Source: Chloroflexota bacterium (GTDB taxonomy: Bacteria; Chloroflexota; Dehalococcoidia; JACPPY01). Taken from it: 61,446 nt of DNA. Of the stretch, positions 48,001 to 54,603 are shown piece by piece. Below the pieces are notes generated by a model. It was not told the DNA's origin. It searched no databases and saw only the letters and a list, made by a program, of their open reading frames with translations. The position numbers and the translations under genes were made by a program. Within the stretch, counting starts at the first letter, position 1. Each line of letters opens with the position of its first letter. The stretch is from assembly GCA_040754215.1 (NCBI GenBank), contig JBFMDE010000002.1, positions 1-61,446 on the forward strand. Direction: 5' to 3'.

Positions 48001-49042
48001 CATCAAGAAGACCGAGGGCGGCCAGACGGTGGTGTACGTCAACAGGTACTACGAGAAGAACACCACCACGGGCGAGGCCACCTCCCACTACTACCTGGGA
48101 GGCCAGGAGGTAGCGATAAAGAAGGGCGCCGTCCTCGAGTACCTGCACCAGGACCACCTGAGCAGCAACTCCCTGAGCACGGATACGGCCGGGGCGCAGG
48201 TGTCCACCCTGAAGTTTTATCCCTTCGGGGCCACGAGGTCATCGAGTGGCACCCTGGGCACCAACAAGATGTTCACCTCGCAGAGGCTGGACACGGGGGC
48301 CGACCTCTACTTCTACAACGCGAGGTACTACGACCAGGGGCTGGGGAGGTTCATCTCTGCGGACACCGTGATACCGGACTTCAGGAACCCCCAGGCCTTG
48401 AACCGCTACACATATGTGCTCAACAACCCCTTGAAGTACATTGACCCCACGGGGCACAAGTGGTTGGACGATGTTGATGAACCCACGCCGGTGTCTCCCG
48501 CGCCGCCTGCACCGCCCACCCCAGACCCCTTTACTGGTGCCCCCGATCCTACCCCACCCGGTGTGCCGGATGGCGGGGCTACTCAGCCATCGCCGATAGA
48601 GACGGTGCCGGGAGTGCCCGACGTTGGGGCTGGTGCTCCAGGTGGCCACCCGGTTGATGACCCGGGCTTGCCTGTCACGAACGCGCCGGATGCTGGCCAA
48701 GAAATAAACCTCGGCGTGGTCAGGATAACTCACGTGTCGGATCAAGCGGAGCTTTACTTAGACGCCGCCGCTGTCCTTGGCGATGTCGTATCTTTTATCC
48801 CGACTCCTTATACAGTTGTCGGAGGCTTTGTGGTGTCTCTCGTGAGCAGTTACGCTGGAATGATCCGTACAGGTGTTAAGTACGGCCGAGGGGAAGCCAC
48901 TGCAGAAGACCTCGACATTTCCGTTGCAACTAATTTCACCGGAATGTTACCCTGGGTTGGTGTCATACCGGCTCTCATACAGTTGAACCATGACGCAAAG
49001 AATCAGGGGGTCAAAGTACAATGGTTCTGGAGTAGCGACTGA
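42056..49042 (+). CDS. Giant secreted Rhs/YD-repeat protein (TcB/TcC- or teneurin-like) with an internal NHL block and a variable C-terminal tip
   Basis: 2328 aa. Signal peptide, proline-rich spacer, SpvB/TcB-like N-region (GTFQPELTLTYNSGS..GMGWTL), many YD repeats, 12 NHL repeats and an Rhs core ending in NNPLKYIDPTGH. Confidence 0.9.
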   Translation: MSRWCPRWSKCLSIVLVLALVVQLIPSVAGASVVSRVASSVHSLLTSASGDGLQLTDGPASSAGLARQRLPKPPSPPKPPQPAIPPEPSVSVEVLPDQPAELVSTTGQVRVSFPTGAVAEKVTATYTPVPSESTAGPVLFKVFRLEAMSASGATAVTSFGKELEISLSYTDKDIAGLDPRTLMLYYFDEVKADWVQLPSKVDASAHRVTASTDHFTVYGGGAIPAYSIPGTIMDFQADLHSGTATARYPIELPPGPGTFQPELTLTYNSGSVDEMKSKRDVGSWVGMGWTLHWSRVFYNEDEDKYFLEFNGASYELILGTDGIYRMQGQFWKMTKPNGTTFELWDTDGTYYRFGGTTDSVQYRVTDGNTVNYRYDLSLAEDVHGNQMTVTYSQDVWNGDVRSAYPLDIHYGVGSAVNVHFNSSFDITGDPTDGNLRDDNPRSTPANPAPEIMENKKLTSIEVKVSGSQVRKYEFAYNTTDSYYSADYGGIYYAGTHTLSSITQKGTGAESLPAMTFSYQNKYIRYYNSSGSVTASLSWPHLYQANSGFGATVSYTYAERPSAPAYSIWTREVVTQRQLNPGIGSTQITAYTYVGYPKIYLDPALPDYSNMAYRGFDQVEEADAAGNVTRHFFYTNGYYLVNNPLGWPEEKWAFDLPGREYQTHWLEKGLVVRTSFRDWTTVWDGTVDHPILHGVGEVQGDEVAWTYYWYDAYGNVVREQRYGDAEQSGDESTVFRVYYPNTTDWVVNRVARESIYSGELSTEPPDGIGLKQRTYYYYDGNNSDPTVPPTKGDLTRVAQCLSASILGPSFYYTYDSYGNRTSEQDPNGNTTSYTIDTTYYTYVARKTYPAVGGSPAMYEDYTWDYVLGRPLSVTDVNGQVTSYEYDTLGRRTKEIRPGDSSASATVKYTYVSWGTINSQHVKSEQKVAEGDYLWQKTYFDGAGRVVQVQARAEDNKSIVSSTTAYSNRGLVEKSYAPWMLASEQSQYQAPGSSQPYDSYEYDALGRAVSTEKADGTISGTDYMGPWEQAATDEKGARKSYSYDAFGQLAQVKEYDLPPTYLSQFGGPAELSGPQGISAVRGGLTFVADTGNHRVQKYSGGVLKGSVGSYGSGDEQFKSPYDVEVTGDGRYFYVADTTNNRVAQWSNEVYELLQFGSYGEASRQFNTPRGVALNSAGNVVFVADTYNNRVVRYNSAGTYYTKWGSSGEGDGQFNWPYDVAVDSSSYVYVVDNGNNRIQKFNVIGGFIAKWGEYGSGDGQFCYPEGIAFGNSYIYVVDTQNFRVQYFTTSGTYVGQWGSEGYGEGEFVWPTDVAVAPDGYVYVADWWGIQKFTSTGGFVARWLNDTPIDGEYWYPQHIAVDGSGKVYVTDYGNRALVFDSSGNFIEKWGRPGYDEGEFNRPLGIAYDRTNDKVWVADSNNHRVQKFEAATRFVRKWGSYGTGNGYFRSPKGIGVDDAGNVYMADTDNNRIQKFDSAGTYVTKWGTLGSGNGQFNKPWDVAVDYSGYVYAVDKDNNRVQKFTSTGTFITKWDVTNPTRLAIDGAGYVYVSSASANQVQKFTPEGGLLLTWGTGGTGNGEFNSPQGITLTGDSLSELQVVDSGNNRVQCFDGMGTSYSTTSYSYDVLGNLTQAVDNASNTTTISYNMLSRKTGMSDPDMGSWSYAYDDNGNLTSQTDARSQTLTFEYDALNRLTARKNGANTLASYTYDSTTGGNMGKGRRTGMTDAGGSATYVYDARGRTTKEDRVIDSVTYTTEYAYDPADRVSTITYPTNEVVTQAYNARGLPYSLSGSVAGTLVSAASYNQLGQTGQVDLGNGLRTVFNYHGLDTLDGGDPSSYYGKLYRIKAYKVSDSTERLHLKYWWDAAGNLTSRKDVMASETEGFSYDFLDRLTGASGPYTESYAYNAIGNMTSKNGVSYTYGTKPHAVTGVGSYTNTYDANGNMLTRQNATGSQALTWDVESHLSRVEGTGGGYSGTTTFVYDGDGNRIKKTEGGQTVVYVNRYYEKNTTTGEATSHYYLGGQEVAIKKGAVLEYLHQDHLSSNSLSTDTAGAQVSTLKFYPFGATRSSSGTLGTNKMFTSQRLDTGADLYFYNARYYDQGLGRFISADTVIPDFRNPQALNRYTYVLNNPLKYIDPTGHKWLDDVDEPTPVSPAPPAPPTPDPFTGAPDPTPPGVPDGGATQPSPIETVPGVPDVGAGAPGGHPVDDPGLPVTNAPDAGQEINLGVVRITHVSDQAELYLDAAAVLGDVVSFIPTPYTVVGGFVVSLVSSYAGMIRTGVKYGRGEATAEDLDISVATNFTGMLPWVGVIPALIQLNHDAKNQGVKVQWFWSSD
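45240..46875 (+). repeat. Twelve tandem NHL-type beta-propeller repeats (about 45 aa each) within the Rhs ORF
   Basis: F-x-x-P-x-G-[IV]-A-[VL]-D...[VY]-[VA]-D-x-x-N-[NH]-R-[VI]-Q-K-F recurs 12 times. The DNA-level 21-mer aacaaccgcatccagaagttc recurs. Confidence 0.85.
48443..48457 (+). other. Rhs core C-terminal DPxG motif (expected aspartyl autoproteolysis site)
   Basis: DPTGH follows YYNARYYDQGLGRFISADTV...NRYTYVLNNPLKYI, the canonical Rhs-associated core end. Confidence 0.6.
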
Positions 49043-49287
49043 TGAAAGTAGTGGGCATCATTTTTCTCGCAGCTTGGACCGTACTGGTGCTGTACCTGTC
49101 CCATGGTGCGTTCTTCAGGGATTTCGCGAGGAGGACCTATGAGATCGGCACTACCTACTTCCCCACCTTTCTCATATGGCCGAAAGGATTGCGGCTATTT
49201 TCGGTGGTGTACAAGGCACTGGTGCTGCTTTTCTTGCTGTCGACCGTCGCATTCTATGTGCTGATGCTCTTGGCAATCCTTTCATAA
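49042..49287 (+). CDS. Small polytopic membrane protein, putative immunity partner of the Rhs tip
   Basis: 81 aa with 2-3 hydrophobic helices. The ATG shares one base with the Rhs stop (TGATG), and GGAG lies 9 nt upstream. Same lower-GC composition as the Rhs tip. Confidence 0.55.
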   Translation: MKVVGIIFLAAWTVLVLYLSHGAFFRDFARRTYEIGTTYFPTFLIWPKGLRLFSVVYKALVLLFLLSTVAFYVLMLLAILS

Positions 49288-49512
49288 AAGGTGATAGACA
49301 TGGGTTAACGGGGCCGTGGCACACCGACCTTTGGTGTCGAGTTGCTGTTCCTGTCAGGCAGGCCGCTGTGGTGGTCATCAACGTTTACGACGTTTGTGGC
49401 GGTTCCCAGCCCATTTCTAAGTCAGCTCGTGCTCCAGTTTGCTAGCTCCGCCGGCATGATCTCCGGTGAATCCGGCCAGACGGGAGCGGAACGGGAATCT
49501 GGCCACGCGGCT

Positions 49513-50064
49513 TCATAAACTCAACAGCTGCTTCAGCGGACTCGCCTTTTCACGCATCCACACCGATGGCTCTTGCTCGGATCGCTCCCATCTTGCCAGC
49601 GTGCCCGGGTCGATGCCTGCCAACCTCGCAGCCTGTTCCTGTGTGAAACCCTTCATAAATCTCGCCTTCCTCAACCTTGCCCCGAAGCCTCTGAGGTCGT
49701 GGACCGACGGATGGCATAACCTCGCCACCAAGTCCCCATAGTCAACCCCAAGAAGTTCGCAGAGGGACTTCACCTTGAAATAACCCCTCTTGGGGAGTCC
49801 TCCCAACTTCTCCCAGTTCACGACAGTCATCTCGTCCACTCCAATGGCCTTCGCCACATCCACCTACCTCAGCCCTTTCTCCAACCTTGCTTTCCTGATA
49901 TACTCTCCGAAGGTAGAGGAAGGATAACGGGATGTGCTGAATGACAGTACAAGCGGTTTCACAAACGAATCTGGCTGGTGGTTGTGGATTGCGACTGCGT
50001 GGTTGCTCACTGTGTTTCCACAGCAGCCGGAACTCTGAGCGCTTGCCGACAGGAACGTTGACAC
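49513..50064 (-). pseudogene. Tandem XRE-family HTH regulator interrupted by an in-frame TAG
   Basis: Track ORFs 49864..50064 and 49513..49863 are contiguous and in frame. FGEYIRKARLEKGLR-TAG-VDVAKAIGVDEMTVVNWE reads as one XRE HTH. A second HTH follows (FGARLRKARFMKGFTQEQAARLAGIDPGTLARWE). Confidence 0.6.
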
Positions 50065-50085
50065 CTGTCAGTCGGTTTGCCTAGA

Positions 50086-51024
50086 ATGCGGCTGCTGGTG
50101 GCAGGAGGCCGTGCCACAGTAGTTATGTGCGGAGGACGGACTTTGAAGCACGAAAAGCACGACAGGGTCATCTATCAGGCAGGAGAACACATCGCGCATA
50201 TCACCCTCAACTACCCGGAACGTCTGAACGTGTGGGACTTCCCCGGGCAGGGAGGGCTCACTGACCAGTTCTTTGCAGCGTTGAAGAAGGCCGAGGATGA
50301 CGACGACGTCAAGGTGATAATAATCAAGGCGGCGGGGAGGGCCTTTTCCGCAGGCCATGACCTGAATACAGTGGGGTTCATCTACGGGATGGGGACGGGC
50401 AAGCCGGGGGAGCGCCGTGCCAGCGAACGGATTCGGTTACAGGTGGACAGGACGTGGATGGAGAACCAGAGGGGCCTTTTCCTTTGCCGTAAGATCACTA
50501 TCGCACAGGTACATGGCTATGCTGTGGGTGAAGGATTCTACACCGCACAGCTCTGCGACCTGGCCTATGCCGCTGAGGACGCTCAACTGGGACATGCTGA
50601 GCAGAGGCTGGGGTTCTCCGGCAGCGGCATCCCATCCATCCCTGTGCTCATCATGACGGTAGGTTTGAAGAGGGCGCTTGACCTCCTCCTCACAGGGAGG
50701 CTTATAAGTGGGAAAGAGGCGGAGCAGATGGGTCTGGTAAACAAGGCGTTCCCTGCCGAGAAGCTGGAGGCGGAAGTAGAGAAGGTGGCCAAAGCTGCCA
50801 CTCTGCTGCCCCGGGATGGCATAGCCATCGGCAAAGCGACGCGGCACCTCATCTACGATAGCCTGGGGCTGACCGCCGGCTTTGCCCAGGGCTACTACTC
50901 CCATACCATGTTCACCAACCTGCGATGGGAGGAGGACGAGTACAGTTTCTTCAAAGAGAGACGTGAAAAGGGCACCAAAGCCGGATTTCACGGTAGGGAC
51001 GAGCGCTTCGCTGGCTTGGTGTAG
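50086..51024 (+). CDS. Enoyl-CoA hydratase/isomerase family protein
   Basis: Crotonase fold pattern (ITLNYPERLN, GRAFSAGHDL, VHGYAVGEG). The start is uncertain: TTG 50077, ATG 50086 or ATG 50125. Confidence 0.8.
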   Translation: MRLLVAGGRATVVMCGGRTLKHEKHDRVIYQAGEHIAHITLNYPERLNVWDFPGQGGLTDQFFAALKKAEDDDDVKVIIIKAAGRAFSAGHDLNTVGFIYGMGTGKPGERRASERIRLQVDRTWMENQRGLFLCRKITIAQVHGYAVGEGFYTAQLCDLAYAAEDAQLGHAEQRLGFSGSGIPSIPVLIMTVGLKRALDLLLTGRLISGKEAEQMGLVNKAFPAEKLEAEVEKVAKAATLLPRDGIAIGKATRHLIYDSLGLTAGFAQGYYSHTMFTNLRWEEDEYSFFKERREKGTKAGFHGRDERFAGLV

Positions 51025-51049
51025 TACAGGTCACGGCGTCCAGTGAGGC

Positions 51050-51083
51050 AACAGGGCGGGTACAGGAACGTACTCGCCCTGTT
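51050..51083. terminator. Hairpin between convergent genes (possible bidirectional terminator)
   Basis: AACAGGGCG (51050-58) pairs with CGCCCTGTT (51075-83). It lies between the enoyl-CoA hydratase and stomatin-like genes. Confidence 0.4.
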
Positions 51084-51106
51084 CTGTTGCTGTGTGGACG
51101 GCGTAC

Positions 51107-51877
51107 CTATTCCTTGCTGCTAGCCTGCTGTCCCTTCTGCGCCAGGAAAGGCTTCAGGAGGTCTATGGGCAGAGGGAATACCACGACCGTGCTTCTTTCC
51201 GTGGCGATCTGGCTGATGGTCTGTAGATAGCGCAGTTGCAGGGCCTGCGGCTCGCCGGCGAGGACATGGGCAGCCTTGGTCAGCCGCTCTGAGGCCTGGA
51301 ACTCGCCATCGGCGTGCACGATCTTCGCCCTGCGGTCCCTCTCTGCCTCAGCCTGTGCCGCCATGGCCCGCTGCATGGTCTCGGGCAGCTCCACGTCCTT
51401 GATCTCCACTAGGCTGACCTTGATGCCCCAGGGGTTGGTGCCCTCGTCAATGATCTGCTGGAGTTTCAGGTTCAGTTTCTCCCTCTGCGACAGCAGCTCG
51501 TCCAGGTCGGACTGTCCGAGCACGTTCCGCAGCGAAGTCTGAGCGAGAAGGGAGGTGGCCCTGATGAAGTCTAGCACCTTGATCACGGCGTCTTCGGCCT
51601 GCATCACGCGGAAGTACACGACCGCATTCACCTTCACCGTCACGTTGTCCCGGGTGATGGCTTCCTGAGCGGGCACGTCCATGGTGATGACTCTGAGGTC
51701 TACCTTGACCATGCGTTCTACGAAGGGGATGAGGAAGATAAACCCCGGTCCTCTCACACCCACGTAGCGCCCCAGGCGGAATACGACGCCTCTCTCATAC
51801 TCCTGTACGATCCTGATAGCGGCGGCGGCAAGTATCAGCAGGATGACGACGATGACCACAATGGTATACAGCTCCAT
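51107..51877 (-). CDS. SPFH/band 7 (stomatin-like) membrane protein
   Basis: 256 aa. N-terminal TM helix followed by an SPFH domain ([20 protein letters not shown]) and a coiled-coil tail. Confidence 0.9.
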   Translation of the reverse strand: MELYTIVVIVVILLILAAAAIRIVQEYERGVVFRLGRYVGVRGPGFIFLIPFVERMVKVDLRVITMDVPAQEAITRDNVTVKVNAVVYFRVMQAEDAVIKVLDFIRATSLLAQTSLRNVLGQSDLDELLSQREKLNLKLQQIIDEGTNPWGIKVSLVEIKDVELPETMQRAMAAQAEAERDRRAKIVHADGEFQASERLTKAAHVLAGEPQALQLRYLQTISQIATERSTVVVFPLPIDLLKPFLAQKGQQASSKE

Positions 51878-51886
51878 GCTTTCCTC

Positions 51887-53197
51887 CTACGACAGTTTTT
51901 GCTTCTTGGCTACGGTGACCTTCAGCCCTTTGACACCAGTGACTAGCACTTCTTCTCCCTGCTCGACCCCCTCCCCGATGGCTGTGGCTGCCCAGCGTTC
52001 CCCTTCGACCAACACTATCCCGTCGGGGTCCAGCCGTGTGACCGCCGTGCCTGTTTGCCCGACCATGCCCTCCCGTCCGGTCACCGCCCGGCGGCGCTGT
52101 GCCCTTACTACGGCTGCGATGACGAAGACAAAGAAGGCAGTTACGGCGATCACTACCCCTGCGATGAGCCCCCGGCTGACCTGGAGCGCTTGAGGATTGC
52201 CGCTGAAGAGTATGAGTGAGCCGATGCTGAGGGTGGCGACGCCTCCCACTGCGAGCAGTCCGTGGCTGGTAACGAAGAGCTCGGCGATGAAAAGCGCGAA
52301 GGCGAGTAGGATCAACAGCACCCCACCCCAGTAGGCGTTGAGCACGCCCAGCGAGTAGAAACCCAACAGGAGGCTCGTCCCTCCGATGACCCCCGGGAAG
52401 ACTGTGCCCGGGTTGTAGAGCTCGGCGATGATCCCGATGCTGCCTATGGAGAGCAGTACGTATGCGATGTTAGGATTGCTGACCACCTGCAAGAACCGTT
52501 CCACCCGGCTCATGCCGGTGTCATGGAGCACGGCACCTGAGATGTTCAGTATGACCTCCTGTCCTCCGGCCGTTGTCACCTTTCGCCCGTTGACCTGGGA
52601 GAGGAGGTCTTCCATGGTTTCGGCACGGATGTCAATCAGGTTGGCCTGGAGGGCCTCGGCGTCGGAGAACGACCTGCTCTGGCGCACTGCCGACTCGGCG
52701 CGTTCAGGGTCCCGGCCGCGCAGTTGGGCTATGCTTCGTATGAAGGCAGCAGCATCCTCGGTCACCTTCTCTTCCTGGGCCGTGGTGAGTTCGCCCCCAC
52801 CGGATACAGGGTGGGCGGCGCCGATGCGGCTGCCTGGAGCCATGGCAGCGACGTGTGCAGCGAGCGTTATGAATGTCCCTGCAGAGCCGGCCCAGCCACC
52901 GGCGGGGGATACGTATACGATGACCGGCACCCTGGCGTTGAGGATGCGCTCCACTATCCTCTGCGTGGTGTCGTACAGGCCTCCGGGGGTGCTCAGTTCA
53001 ATGACCACTGCTGCGTCGTGCCGGGATTCGGCAGCGCTGATGCCGCGTTCTATGTAGTCGGCGACCACGGGCACGATCGCTCCCTCCACGCGGAGCAATG
53101 TGATGGGGGGCGAAGCGCCTCCAGCACTGGACACGGGCGCCAGTGCGGCCAGGACGAGCCCGGCAAAGAACGTCAACAGCTTGAGGAGCCGGAACAT
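51887..53197 (-). CDS. NfeD-family membrane-bound ClpP-class serine protease
   Basis: ATG 53197 (MFRLLKLL signal peptide). ClpP-like domain, four TM helices and a C-terminal OB-like NfeD domain. Classic partner of the downstream stomatin gene. Confidence 0.85.
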   Translation of the reverse strand: MFRLLKLLTFFAGLVLAALAPVSSAGGASPPITLLRVEGAIVPVVADYIERGISAAESRHDAAVVIELSTPGGLYDTTQRIVERILNARVPVIVYVSPAGGWAGSAGTFITLAAHVAAMAPGSRIGAAHPVSGGGELTTAQEEKVTEDAAAFIRSIAQLRGRDPERAESAVRQSRSFSDAEALQANLIDIRAETMEDLLSQVNGRKVTTAGGQEVILNISGAVLHDTGMSRVERFLQVVSNPNIAYVLLSIGSIGIIAELYNPGTVFPGVIGGTSLLLGFYSLGVLNAYWGGVLLILLAFALFIAELFVTSHGLLAVGGVATLSIGSLILFSGNPQALQVSRGLIAGVVIAVTAFFVFVIAAVVRAQRRRAVTGREGMVGQTGTAVTRLDPDGIVLVEGERWAATAIGEGVEQGEEVLVTGVKGLKVTVAKKQKLS

Positions 53198-53349
53198 ATG
53201 GTTCGTTTTGTCATTTATTCGCGAGACCTTGGGGAACGCTCGCTCGCAGCAGCCATTATAGTGGAGGCATACCCGGCAATCAAACCTCCCGTACTTGAGG
53301 GACAATAGAAAAGGATGTAGAATTGGCCATCTTTGAATATGGTGAAGGT

Positions 53350-54603
53350 ATGAGTGATTCAGGACAGGACCAGGGTCGCAGGTGTCGGGGAATGCGTGAC
53401 ATGCTTCCCGCAGATATGGCCTTGTTCCGCCATGTAGAAGGGGTCTTCCGCGACTGTTGTCTGAAGTGGGGCTACCGAGAGGTCAAGACGCCCACCGTGG
53501 AGTACATGCACCTCTTTACCTCCACGGGCACGTTGACCCCCGGCATGCTGGGCAAAGTCTACTCCTTTCTCGACTGGGATGGGTGGAGTGGCGAGAGGGT
53601 CGTGCTTCGCCCTGATTGCACCATACCCGTGGCCCGGCTCTACATCGAAAGCAGCCAGGGCCGGAGCAGCCCTGCCAAGCTGTTCTACGTGACCAACGTG
53701 TTCGCCTTCGAGGAGACGGGGAGGGAGTCCCGGGAGAGGTGGCAGTGCGGTGCCGAGTTCTTGGGCGGCCGCGCGCCGGGCACAGACGCAGAGCTTGTGG
53801 CGCTGGCGCTGGAGGTCGCCCGTCTCCTGGGACTGTATGGAGCGGAGGTACGCCTGTCCCATGTGGGTGTGCTACGTGCCCTGCTCCGTCAACTGGCATT
53901 GACGGAAGAAGAGGAGAGCGAGGTGCTGGACCGGGTGCTGGACGGGAATGTGGAAGCCCTGTCGCGTCTCAGTTCCCAGAAGAGCGAGCTGGGCGGAGCA
54001 CTCTCGTTGTTGCTTGGGCAGAGCGGTGGCTCCAGAGGGTCGCTGAAGAACCTGCGCTCCCTGTGTGGTGCGGGGATGAAGGAGTTGGCCCGTGAACTGG
54101 ATGACTTCGTGGCACTGGTTGATGTCCTGGAGGCGGTGGGCTGTCCGTATCGGGTGGATATGGGTTCAGCGAGGGGTTTCGAGTACTACACCGGCGCCAC
54201 CTTCCAGTTCATGTGCCGTGGCAGGAGGATAGGGGCTGGGGGCAGGTATGATGCCCTCGTCCCGATGATGGGCGGGGGCGATGTCTCGGCTTGCGGGTTT
54301 GCCCTATATCTGGACTGCCTCATGCCGCTGCTTCAAGCAGGGGTGGGACAGGTCCCCTCCTGGAAGGGCATTTACATAACGTTGGCGGGAGACCCCGCGT
54401 CGCTCAAGGCGGCGTTCGGCGTGGCCAGGGTGCTGCGCGAGGCCGGGTTCGTGGCGGACGTTGACCTCTCGGGTGGGGGCAAGACGGGGTGGGACTGGAG
54501 GCTCGACGTTCAACCCTCGTCCTTTACCTTGAAGAACTCCAAAGGCGAAAGCTTCAGCGTGGCCTCGGTGGCAGAACTTCTGCGACTCCTGGAGGCTCGA
54601 TGA
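53350..54603 (+). CDS. hisZ: ATP phosphoribosyltransferase regulatory subunit (HisRS paralog)
   Basis: A GMRDMLP motif begins the HisRS-like class II core. There is no anticodon-binding domain. ATGA overlap with hisG. Confidence 0.85.
   Translation: MSDSGQDQGRRCRGMRDMLPADMALFRHVEGVFRDCCLKWGYREVKTPTVEYMHLFTSTGTLTPGMLGKVYSFLDWDGWSGERVVLRPDCTIPVARLYIESSQGRSSPAKLFYVTNVFAFEETGRESRERWQCGAEFLGGRAPGTDAELVALALEVARLLGLYGAEVRLSHVGVLRALLRQLALTEEEESEVLDRVLDGNVEALSRLSSQKSELGGALSLLLGQSGGSRGSLKNLRSLCGAGMKELARELDDFVALVDVLEAVGCPYRVDMGSARGFEYYTGATFQFMCRGRRIGAGGRYDALVPMMGGGDVSACGFALYLDCLMPLLQAGVGQVPSWKGIYITLAGDPASLKAAFGVARVLREAGFVADVDLSGGGKTGWDWRLDVQPSSFTLKNSKGESFSVASVAELLRLLEAR

Noticed and set aside
42056-50064. 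Type VI secretion, PAAR/VgrG, TcA or two-partner-secretion genes accompanying the Rhs protein
   Set aside because: None of the flanking ORFs has such signatures. The neighbours are a MaoC-like hydratase, a small membrane protein, an XRE pseudogene and a crotonase, so no delivery system can be claimed from this window.
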